From the IMG/VR virus record IMGVR_UViG_3300042946_000249: a DNA stretch of 64,000 nucleotides; one strand, written 5' to 3'. How positions within the stretch are numbered: the stretch's first letter is position 1; each line of letters opens with the position of its first letter. The stretch is from a virus. A model generated the notes under the pieces. That model had not been told where the DNA came from. It was given only the letters and a program-made list of their open reading frames with translations, and did no database searches. Shown here piece by piece: positions 37,481-49,100 of this stretch. Position numbers and translations under genes: made by a program.

Positions 37481-40126
37481 ATGGCTTCATTTACAGACCT
37501 CATACCGCAATTTAACCCCTACATCCAGCAGCTTCCTGTGGAAGCTATGGTGACCGTAGGTATGGAGAAACAGAAGCGCTATGATGAGGGTTTACAGAAA
37601 ATTCAGTCCCAAATTGAAAGGGTTGCTGGTCTAGATCTCTACAGAGATACGGACAAAGCATACCTACAGTCTAAACTGAATGAGCTTGGAAACAACCTAA
37701 AAGTCGTGGCTGCTGGTGACTTCTCTAACTTCCAATTGGTTAATTCTGTTTCTGGAATGACTAATCAGGTGGGGAAAGACCCTATTGTCCAGAACGCAGT
37801 TACCTCTACAGCCAGACTTAGAAGAGAGTTTGCTTCCATGGAAGAATATAAAAAGAAGGGGAAGTCTGATAAAAACAACGAAGAGTTCTTCATGAATAAG
37901 GTGGTAAGACCTTATCTAGACGGACCACTTGATGCTTCTTTTACTGGAGAGTATTCTCCATACACCGACATCATGGGGTTGATTAGTGAGAACATAAAGG
38001 CTGCTGGAATAGACAAGTCAGTGGTACAGCAGATGTACCAAACTGACAATCAAGGCAGATTGATATTTGGAAAAAACGGTGAACCCCTCCCTGCTAGAAC
38101 CATGACTGAGATTGAGACATCAACCAACATGAAGCAGGTGAAGTCAATTGTAGAGAATGTGCTTAGCAGAGGAGATGTACAGAATCAACTTAATATCGAT
38201 GGTTGGGCAAATACAAGAGGTATATCTCCACAGTCTGTCATAGATAACTATCGTGTAGAGTATAGTAAGAAGATAGGAGATGCTGATTCTGACATGTTAG
38301 AAATCAACACCCTTCTTACAGGAAAGATGAATGGTGCTGAGAGGATGGTTCTGGATGAAAAGCTTAAGACTCTTAAGGACGTTAAACAGAAATACAAAGA
38401 TCAATACTTAGCTCTTGGTGAACTTGCACAGTCCAATCCTGATGCTTTTAAACAGGCATATTATAAAACTAACTACGAGAACAATCTTCTTGAACAGTTT
38501 ACAAAATACGAAAGAAGCGAGAAGAACTTAAAGAGTCCTCTTACAGAACAACTTAACTGGGAAGCTGATTATGCCTTCAAAGAAAGGAAAGAAGCATTTG
38601 ACCAGAAAATGGCTGTTCGTAAACAACAACTAGAGGAGAGTAAGTTTCAACTAGAAGGGTTCAAGTTTGAAGCTGATTATGAGTTTGATCAGTCTACAGG
38701 TAAGTGGAAAAAGAAACCAGATCCAAATAAACCATCTGATGGTTCACTACTTCGTCTCACTGCTGATGTTCCTGGAGAAGAGAACAGAAGCGCTGTACAA
38801 AGACAAGAGGCCCAGATTCGTGGTATAGAACAAACCAATAGACAAAACGGAATGGATCTCATGTACAATTATTTGTACAAGTTGAATGATGGTAAAGATA
38901 GTAACGGTCAACCTCTCACAAAAGCTGGTGTTGTTAAAACAGTTGAGAAGTTTGCAAAAGACAACAATGAAACTACAGATCAATTCTTAACCAGATGGAT
39001 CTTGACTCTGAACAATAAAGCAAAAGAAAACGGTGTTAAAATGTCTGCCACAGACACAGAGTCTATTAACAACTTCAAAAGAAACCACTACAACTACACC
39101 ACTCTACTAGCACTTGGAAAGATTGCTGACAATGAAGCATTTAAAGCCACTGGTATAGATCTTAACGATTATACCAAAACGCTTAGTCCAGTGAACGTTA
39201 AGTTGAAAGATGGTAGAAGTGTAACAATCAGTAAAGAAGACATCCTTGACTACATGCTCCTTATTAAGAATGATGATAAGGGTGCTGAAGATAGAATTGT
39301 AGCTAAGTATGGGTCTCTCAAAGACTTCCCTTTAAATACATACAAGGCACCTGGAATTCCCAATAGTGAGTTGGAAACTAGAAAAAACTTACAAAAGCTA
39401 TCTGGCATGTTCTCAATCTATACAAAGGATTGGGATAAGTTCAAACAAGCTTCAAAGGCGAAGAACGACTATCTTGCTAAGGTGGTGAATACAGATGAGA
39501 TGTTTTCTTTTGGTGAGGATGATGAAAAAGGAATGAAGTCTGCAAAGAATAAAGCTTCTGCGTTTATATCAGGAGCATCATCTTTGACAGGAAAGAATTA
39601 TGATAAGAGCAAGGCTTTAACAGCTTTAGCAGATCCTAATTCAAAAATATCTTTCAGGGCAAGTGCACCTTTTGAAGAAGGTGGACAATGGAAAGGTACA
39701 ATGATTATAACCACTGACAAGGGTGAAGTGATTGAGGCTGAGGTTCCTGTTCAAAAAGATTTTGAACAACTCACTGGATCTAAGTTCAATCCTTATAAAT
39801 TCAATCCCCTGAAAGCAAGAGCTTCAGTTAGTAAGTTTGGATCTACAAATCTTGGCGCTTTCACCACAGACTCTAGAGCTTGGGAAAGTGCTGCTATTGG
39901 ATCTGAGGGTCTTGTCTCAATGAAAGATTCAAAGAAATATATTCCATTAGGTGCAGATCTAAATGTACTTCCTAATGGTGGATATACAGTGACAGCTTAT
40001 TTTAAAGATAGGGCTACTGGTAAAATTTTAAATCCAGAGTTTAGTCGTATATACACTGTGGAAGAACAGGCTCAAGCTGACCTAGCTTTACTTACCGAAT
40101 CTATGCTTGATAAGGAGTTAAAATAA
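37481..40126 (+). CDS. large virion protein (881 aa)
   Basis: ORF track. Confidence 0.55.
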   Translation: MASFTDLIPQFNPYIQQLPVEAMVTVGMEKQKRYDEGLQKIQSQIERVAGLDLYRDTDKAYLQSKLNELGNNLKVVAAGDFSNFQLVNSVSGMTNQVGKDPIVQNAVTSTARLRREFASMEEYKKKGKSDKNNEEFFMNKVVRPYLDGPLDASFTGEYSPYTDIMGLISENIKAAGIDKSVVQQMYQTDNQGRLIFGKNGEPLPARTMTEIETSTNMKQVKSIVENVLSRGDVQNQLNIDGWANTRGISPQSVIDNYRVEYSKKIGDADSDMLEINTLLTGKMNGAERMVLDEKLKTLKDVKQKYKDQYLALGELAQSNPDAFKQAYYKTNYENNLLEQFTKYERSEKNLKSPLTEQLNWEADYAFKERKEAFDQKMAVRKQQLEESKFQLEGFKFEADYEFDQSTGKWKKKPDPNKPSDGSLLRLTADVPGEENRSAVQRQEAQIRGIEQTNRQNGMDLMYNYLYKLNDGKDSNGQPLTKAGVVKTVEKFAKDNNETTDQFLTRWILTLNNKAKENGVKMSATDTESINNFKRNHYNYTTLLALGKIADNEAFKATGIDLNDYTKTLSPVNVKLKDGRSVTISKEDILDYMLLIKNDDKGAEDRIVAKYGSLKDFPLNTYKAPGIPNSELETRKNLQKLSGMFSIYTKDWDKFKQASKAKNDYLAKVVNTDEMFSFGEDDEKGMKSAKNKASAFISGASSLTGKNYDKSKALTALADPNSKISFRASAPFEEGGQWKGTMIITTDKGEVIEAEVPVQKDFEQLTGSKFNPYKFNPLKARASVSKFGSTNLGAFTTDSRAWESAAIGSEGLVSMKDSKKYIPLGADLNVLPNGGYTVTAYFKDRATGKILNPEFSRIYTVEEQAQADLALLTESMLDKELK

Positions 40127-40131
40127 AACAA

Positions 40132-43100
40132 ATGCCAGAGTTACCTATTAATCTTTCAGGCACACCAACGTACAAGAGAGCAGCAGGAGCTTCTCCTGAT
40201 AACCTTTCTGTTGCTAATCGTGAATACAATCCATTGAACGATACATCTCTGAACTATGTAACACCAAAGAAATCAGGGTATGATGCTTCTAGCATAACTA
40301 TGGCTGAAGCTGCTGCAGACAGAACTGGTAGATACAAAACCGTAATGTACGGTTATGATAATGAGGAAGCTGCTGCTCAACGTCAAAGCATCCTAGATAA
40401 AGGTGCTAATGGTATATTGAAAGGTGTAAACCTCACAGCCACTACTATCGCTGGAGGCTTTGGTATGTTATATGGGGCAGCTAGAGCTCCCTTCTCAGGA
40501 AGACTTGCTGACATATGGGATAATAGTGTAATGAGAGGTTTGGATGAGTGGAACAAAGAAGTGGATGATAAAATCCTTCCAAACTACTATACAAAGGCTG
40601 AAAGAGATTCAGCTTGGTATTCTCCAGATAACTGGTTCACTGCTAATTTCCTTTTTGATAAACTAATCAAAAACTCAGGATATGCTGTAGGAGCAATGCT
40701 TAGCGGCAACATTGCGAATGCTGGACTTCTTAGAGCTGGTGCAGCTTTAGGGAGAGTGGCATCTGCTGGTGCTGTTGCTGCTGAATCATCTCAAGCATTC
40801 AAGATATTTTCACCCTTGTTGAGAAATACATCAAGGGCTTTTAGTGCTGGTAAGAACATTGAAGCTGCTGCTGTTTTAGAGAAACAACTGTCCTCTATTG
40901 CAGATGTCACTGCTAGGAGTTCTGAGCTTGCAAAGATTGCAAAGACTACAGGCACTTTTGCAGAGTTTGGTAATTCTGCTCGTAGAACAGCTATTGCTGC
41001 CTACTCATCTGCTGGCGAAGCTTCCTTTGAAGCTTTACAAACAGGCAATCAGTTTAGAGATTCTCTGATTCAGGAATACGTAGATAAGTATGGTGAACAA
41101 CCAGCTGGTGATGTTCTGGAAGAAATAAACAAAAGAGCTGACCAGGTTGGTAAAACATCATTCTTTGGTAACCTTGCACTTCTTGGTGCTACAGAATACG
41201 TACAGCTTCCATATCTGTTAGGCTCATCCTACAGAAACACAAGACAGGCAGCTGGTGTATTTGCTGGAAAGGTGGACGATGTTCTTACAAAAACCCCTAG
41301 CACTAAGCTAGGTAAGGTGTATGAAAAAGCCACAAGTGTTGGTAGATATGTATTTGATCCTAAGGAAGCAGGACAAGAGGTAGGTCAGTATGCCCTTCAA
41401 GTGGGTACACAAAACTACTTTAGCAAAGCAGCAGAGTCTGATGATGCTGATGTTTGGGTAGATGGGTTTCTGTATGGGTTTGTTGGTAAAGATGAAGAAG
41501 GAAAGGGAGAAGGTGCTCTTGTATCTAAAGAAGGTATGGAGAGTTTTCTTCTTGGTGGTCTTACAGGTGGACCTCTACAAGCTAGAGCAAAAGCCCAAGA
41601 AAAACGTGCTAAAACTGAAAACACACAACGTTTTCTAGATCAAATTGGTAGAGCTCCTTCTTTTAAAGAAGCATTCCAAGACAGAATGAGTTCTGTAAAC
41701 AGAGGTGTTGTTCTTCAACAACAACATGAAGCTGCTATTGTTACAGGTAATGAGCTTGAAGCTCGTGACTTGAAAACAGACATGATGCACAACTACTTGG
41801 CTCCTAGAATCAAGTATGGCAGATTTGATATGGTTATGGAGGACATTAGTGAACTTCGTGAAATGTCTTCCTCAGAAACTAACCTTGCAGAACTAAAAGC
41901 GCAAGGTATTGCTAACGTTAATGATACAGTTGATAGTTTCCAAAAGAGACTAAACAACTATGAGCGTGTAGCTAAGAACACGAACGAGATATACAACGGT
42001 TTGTACATAAGGTATTCTGGTGAAAGATTGGAAGATGGAAATCCTAAATACTCTCCTTATGTACTAGATAAGATGGCGTACGCAGCTAGTAAGATAGCTG
42101 ACTATGACCTTCGCATTCCACAGCTCAACAACATCCTAACAGAAAAAAGTATTATTGTTGGTAATCTATTGGATGATGTATTGAAAGGTAAAAGACCATC
42201 AAGACAAGCTACAGCAGAGATACTTAACAACATAAATGACCTTTCTACAACCTCTGATGTTAAGGACGGTTTAAAAACTGCTTTACAAGACATCATTAGT
42301 CTTGGTGAGCGTAGGAGAATATTCATGGATGAGTATGAGGACATCAAACAAAACCCTCTCAACTATGAAACCGATCCTGAGTTTAATATAGGAGACAAGG
42401 TTGAAATTCCTGTAAGCGTAGGAGAGCCTGAGAAAAAGGTTGAGATTGGTAAAGAATACTCTCTCGATAAGTCAATGATGAAAGAGGGAAGTGCGCTTTA
42501 CATGGCTCCAAAGCTAACTGTGCTTTCTCAAACTCTTGGTGGTGAACTAGAAGTGAAGATGCCTGGAGGAAAGATTAAGTTCATTGCTCCTGAGGATCTA
42601 AAAGGCTACAACCTATCAGAAGAAGATAACACATCAAAAGAACTGGCAGACATTATGGATGAATCCATAGATGCTGTTCTTAAGAAGGAAGAGTATAAAG
42701 ATCTTCCTGAGATGAAAGATGGCGACAGTAAACTTGGTTATATAAACTCTCTGGCAGATCAGGCTCTTACAGATGATGTAGAAGCTGAGTTCAATAGAAG
42801 AACAGAAGAGTTTGTAAAACGTAAGGAAGAGGAAAGAAAGCAACAAGAAGAGCTTATTAAAAACAGAGCTGCTCTTGAGAAACAACAGACTGAGCTTGAA
42901 GCTAAGTCTGGTACAATAGCCACACCTCCTCCTCCCACTCCTGAAGAACTTCAAACATTAGCTGCTACACAGGGTAAGCTGAAGTCTGCTTTTAAACTAT
43001 TCATATCTGGCACCACTCCTACAGAGCGTGCTGATGAACCCGTACACATTAGAAACTCTAGAGAGTTCTTAAATAATGTAAAGAACTTTAAGAACAAAGG

Positions 43101-46100
43101 TAATCTTGCAGCTATTCTTGTTACACCAAATCAAGAGGCAGCTCTAGGTTTGTCTGGTCTTACAGCATTATCTTATGGAACAGAAGATTCTAGTGATGCT
43201 ACAAACGTAGAGACTGGTCTTGTAGCACAAGTGTTTGTAGAACAAGAGAATGGTAAAACATATTTTGTAAATAAGAACGGTGAGCGTATTGGTGAGATTG
43301 GTAAACCTGTTGATATTCAACAAGTTATATTCCAAACCATGCCCACCCCATCTTTATATGATAGATCTGGCAAGCCTAGGTTTAGAGCTGATGAGATGGC
43401 AGATGCTGAAGCTGCTTCTAAAGGCTGGGCAGCTAAGAGAGTGGAGATATTTGAATCTCCTGCATTCCCTGTAAAAGCATATCGCTTTTCTATATCTAGA
43501 GGAATTCCTGTTCTTAATGTTGTAGATGGTAGATATGAAAGAAACCAGATTGGAGATATCCTCATCCCTGAGAGCAAGATTGCTACACAGGAAGGATTGT
43601 TACAAGTTGTTACACAGGGTAGCGTTGTTCACAACGGTGAGAACATTAAGTTTAACAATGGTCTTACAGTGTTGCAATATGGTGACACACTGCAGATTGT
43701 AAACAACAACCGCCTTGGTGATAAGAAAGCCAACGCTGTCTACCTTGCTATAAAAACTATGATGGATGAGTTTCAGCAAACAAAGAAACTCAATCCAAAC
43801 TTGGCTTCATATATTCAGAATGTTCTATTCTGGAGAAAGACTGCCACCACTTCTGGAAACCAAATCTTTATAAACACCTCCTCTGGAGAAGTGTCATTAG
43901 GAGGTAAGAATTACACTCCTGCAGATCTGGTAAATAAGAAAGATGAGATTGTGGACATGCTCAAAGAAGCATTCCATTCAATCAACAACTCTACACTTAG
44001 AGATAGATTCTATGAACCTTTCTATGAATACAGCGTAGAAAATGACAAACTGGTTGAACAAGAATGGCCTAACTATCAGTCCTACCTTTTGAGCAAGAAG
44101 GGTAGAAGTGCTGATCAAACTCCACTTGTCACTTCTGTAGCTAAACCTACAGAGGCCATCCCTTATTCATACAAGCAGAAGTATGCTACACTCATTGACT
44201 TTGAACTCCCAATGATACAAGCCCCAGCTCCTGCAGCTGCTACAAAGGAAGCTGTAGCTGAGGGTAAAGCAACTCTTGGTGACTTTGTAATGGATGGTGA
44301 GACAAAGAACACCTTTACAGGTTTCAAGACTGGTCCTATTGATTTCACAGGAACAATAGATGACAAGGGTGATATATCAGTGGATGTTCTGTCAAACGAC
44401 ACTATTATAAATGCTGCTAAGAACGGTAAGCTTGTAAACGAAACAGTGGTTCCTGCTCTTAAAGAAGCTAATCAGTTTGATGCTTCTGCAGATGACATAG
44501 AGCTTGTTACAATGTTTGTAGCAGGTAAGCTTGCTATTGAACTTAAGGCTCTACAACCAGTTGCTGAAGTTAAAGAAGCAGCTCCTGTTTCTACAGATGC
44601 TAAAGCTGATATAAATAGAATAGTAGATGCATTTAATCCAGAGGATAATTTTAAAAGTCCAGTAGATGCGTGGAGCGTTGTTATTGAAGATGATAAAGGT
44701 AATTTAGTAAAACCTGAAATAATTGTAGAAATAAAAGGAATCGATTATACTAAAAAAGAATTATTAGATATTGAAGATCCTGAAAACCCTGCTGTAGAAG
44801 AAACTTTAAATGAAATTGACAGGCTTCAAAAATTACTTGAAGCAGAACTAGCTGCTTTAGAAGGAGCTAAACCTGCTGAAGGAACTTATAATCCAGAAGG
44901 AACAGGTGCTCCTCAGGATGACTATATGAGAGTGGGAGTGAAAGAGGCTGGTGCTGAAATGCTTACAGGTGCACAGATAGAACTGTTCAAGATTTGGGCT
45001 GCAGAAAAGGTTCCTGGTATTCCATACGAGGTGTTAGACAATATTGTTAACACATATGACAACCAGAAAGCATGGGGTGTATTTGAGAACAATGTAGCCA
45101 AGTTCTACAAGGGTGCTCCTGGCACCACTCCATACCATGAAGTGTTTGAAGGTATATGGAAAGGTTTCCTCACTCCTGAACAAAGACAACTTATCCTTGA
45201 TGAGTTCAAGTCTAAGACTGGTCAGTTTACAGACAGAGCCTCTGGCAAGAAGATAAACTATGCTGATGCTACAGATCAACAAGCTAAGGAAAGAATAGCT
45301 GATGACTTTGGTGCATTTAGAGTGGGTAGACTTCCTGCACGTAGCTTGGGAGAAAGAGTGCTTAGATTTTTTAAAGACATCATAGAGTTCTTCAAGTCCT
45401 TTGTACAGAAACCTTCTATGAAGGAAGAGCTGTTCAAGGCTATTGAGGCTGGTAAGTTTAAAGATGCCATCCTCCCTGCTTCTATTGCTGCATCCACTCC
45501 TGAATACATGCGCATCCCTGGACTTACAGAAACTCAAGCTTATGAGTTTGTTCAGGATATGACAGCTCGTGTAGCCAATTATATATTTGGAGACAGCAAG
45601 AAGTCTCTCTACGATATTAAGAAAATCACTGGCAAAGAAATCTTTGACAAGATTAAAGAAGCTTACGCAAGTAAAGCTGAGAACAAATATGAAAAGCTTG
45701 GCGAAGAGCGTTTCAACCAGTTGGTTATCAGAACAAAAGAAAAGCTTCGTACACTGGGTATCAACTTTAATGATGAGGACACAGTGGATATAAATGATGA
45801 GAATGTTTCTAACAGAGACTATGCTCCTGAGCCATTCTCTACAGACTGGAAGAAGACATCTCCTTTCCCAGTTAAACTTGTAGCAGCTACCCTCCCTGAG
45901 GTAAAGCCTACAAACCAGCAAACTGAATCATCTCTAAAACTTCCTGAGCGTCAGACATCAAGTGTGTTGGGATTGAAACTGGCAAGTTTTGGTAGAGTGT
46001 TCAATACATTGTTGGATAAGGTTTCTAATACAACCAATGTTAATTTGGTAAAGAACAAGCTTGTTGACCTTGCTAAAAGCGATGGTACATTTGTTCGTTT

Positions 46101-49100
46101 CTTCCAACGTATAGGTGGTGATTTAAATAATATGGACTTCAAACTCTCTAGTAGAGAGGACTGGAGACTATTTATTAATTTCTACCAGACATTTACCAAG
46201 CAGAAACCTAATGCTGACATCCAATACTTTGATGGCAACAGTGTATATACAGCTCCTGCTAACCAGTTCACTGCCAGCAAACTTTTACAAAGTGAGTGGT
46301 TTGAGAACATGAAGGCTTTGGCTGATGACCCATCATCTATTATAAAGAGGAAGAAGCAAAACTTTGAAGTGGACAAGAGTAAGTTACCTGGCGCAGTTCC
46401 TAAACAACCTGAGGCAATGGTTAACTTCCTTGCAGATCTTGGTGTAAGTTTCCCTCTTAGTGCATACACATCCTTGAATCGTAATCAGAAAGATGATTTT
46501 GGTAAAGCTGTTGGAGGAATATACACATACATACAGAAGAACACTGAGGTGGGTACAGTTACAGGTAAGACACTTGGAATCAATCCTCAGTTGTCTGACC
46601 TAGCCAATCTCTACATCAAAGTGACCAATCCTTCTCAGGACACTACATATTTTGGTGTTGAGAACCAACGCATTCAATCTTACGCTGAGAATAACGTTCC
46701 TTCTGTAATGGAGAATGAGTTCAACAGTGTTGAGACAGTTGAAGAACTGAAGCAGCTCAGACCAGAACTTAACGATGTATTCTCTACAAACAGCATCACT
46801 CTTAAAGATGGTGGCAACTTCTACAATCTAGAAGGACAGAGATACAAAACAATCAAGGTTGGATACATCCAGGGTAGAAAGACAGTGGACACTGATAAAG
46901 GTGTTACCACTAGCAAGCTTACCCTTGGTGATCGTTTCACACAAGAGATTAATGAGAACCTGAATGGTGACTACTATATTCTGGTTCCTGCTGATGGATC
47001 TACAGAATGGAAGATAAACCTAGGTAACCATATGTCATTTGTTGACATAGCTGGCGGAAGGGCTTGGAATAAGATTTACAGTATATTTAAAGGATATCTG
47101 CAGGATGAGGTGGCTCTTGCTCTTGATTATGAGAACAGAGAGAAACTTAAGAATGTTGGAGACAAGGCAAAACAACTTCGCTTCTTTAAGGAAATCTTAA
47201 AGGAAAAGAACGTTACTGCCATTGAGAAAATGATCGCTAATGGTTCTACACAGGACCAGATCAATGAGTATATTGATAAAAACATTGATGACATCAATGC
47301 TGCTGTAGCTGACTTCATCAATAATACAGTGGAAGAAACAACAACTCTTCTTATAAACAACAATCAGATATCTCAAGTTAAGGAAGGTCAATATAGCTAT
47401 CCTGGGCTACAAGATAAGTTTGCAACAGCAAACGATATTAATAAGTTTAATATGTCTGAGCAGGACGTTAAGAATCTCTTAACGTTTGTAAATGCAAACT
47501 ATGTCATCAACAACATAGAGTTGCATAAGTTTATATTTGGTGACCCATATGAGTTTGCTATAAAGAACGGTAAACTTGATGAGACCAAACGTATCAAAAG
47601 CTTCTTGTCTCCACGTAGGATTACATTTGACAGTCCTGAGTACAATAGCTTCCTTAATGATGACTACAATACAGCTAGTGGTGTTAAGCTCACTCCTAAC
47701 GATCCTGGTTATCATTTACATAAGTCTTACACAAACACTATAACACTGGCTGACATCAACCTGTCTAGCGAACTCTATCCTAAGATCAATGAAGCAGATG
47801 CTGCTTCGTTCATCATGGACACCACCTATAGAGAGGTGAAGCTGAAGAATGGTCAGTGGATTGATGAGATTTCAGAACCTTGGCATCAATGGCAAATGGC
47901 TTATACAAGAAATAAGCTGGCTGCTAAAGGTGAATACACATACACAAGTGATAGATTACAAAAGGCTGATGCTGAATTAATTAGCAAACCTGAGCCTGCA
48001 TTTGTAACAGAGGTTCTCAAACCTATCGTATCTGGTGTAAAAGCTGCTGAGACAAAGATTGACAATGTTCTAGACAAGTTCTCTCAAATGCCTCTATATT
48101 ATAAAGACGTTGAGGGTAGAAATCTTGAGAAGCTCTACATCAAAATGTGGAAAGAGAACATTGGGTATGCTGTGTTTGAGAGCGGTAGAAAGCTGGGTGC
48201 TACAGAATTGTACAGTTTGTATAACAGTAATGGAGACATCAACGATAAACCTTTCACCAAAGAACAGATTGTAAAGGTGCCTTGGAAGGCATATGGTATA
48301 CAGGTGGAGAATGCATATGAGAACCCTAAGGATCAAACTCGTGGTTCTCAGTTGACAAAACTTTCTAGTCTTGATTTGTTTAGTGATGGTAAAGGTACAG
48401 AACAAGCTAAGAAGGCTTACGAACGTAACCTTAAAGCTTTGAATGCTTTGCATGAGGACGGTTATAAAACTCTTCTTGACAAACTTGGCATTGAGGACTT
48501 GGGTGATGGTTTCCGTCTTGTAGATCCTGCAGCTGTTCAGGAAACTCTTGAGTATGAACTACTTAGAAGAGAGATGGCTGAGAATGCTAAAGACACAATC
48601 AAGCGTGATGAGAACGGTCAGTTTATTATTCCTTTTGAAGCTTCTCCTGCCTACAAACAAATAAAGGACATTCTGTTCTCAATAGTTAACAAGTCTCTTG
48701 TTAGTCCTAAGATGAACGGTGCTCCTAAGGTGCAGGTTCCTGTAACAGGATGGGAGAAACAAAATAGAAAGTCTGGCAAACCAAACCCAGAGCTGAAGTT
48801 CTACACTAAGGAAGATCCTTATATGGAAGTGTTGCTTCCTCATTGGTTTAGAGGTAAGTTCAATAAGAAGAAGTTCCCTAACGACGAGGCTATTCTTAAA
48901 TACCTAAACACTAGTCCAGAGGGTAAGTCTATCCTCAGCGGTGTTGGCTTCCGTATTCCTACACAGTCTATGTCCTCTATTGAGGTGTTTAGAGTGAAAG
49001 GGTTCTTGCCACAATCTATGGGTGACACTATAGTGGTTCCTTCTGAAGTGACAGCAAAAGCTGGATCTGACTTTGATATAGATAAAATGAACACCTATCT

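Noticed and set aside
45034-45921. 295-aa minus-strand ORF, and many other 60-120-aa antisense ORFs, inside the 3870-aa and 1562-aa genes
   Set aside because: They are fully embedded antisense to long, co-directional, tightly packed genes and have odd composition (Cys/Phe/Leu-rich). They are typical shadow ORFs.
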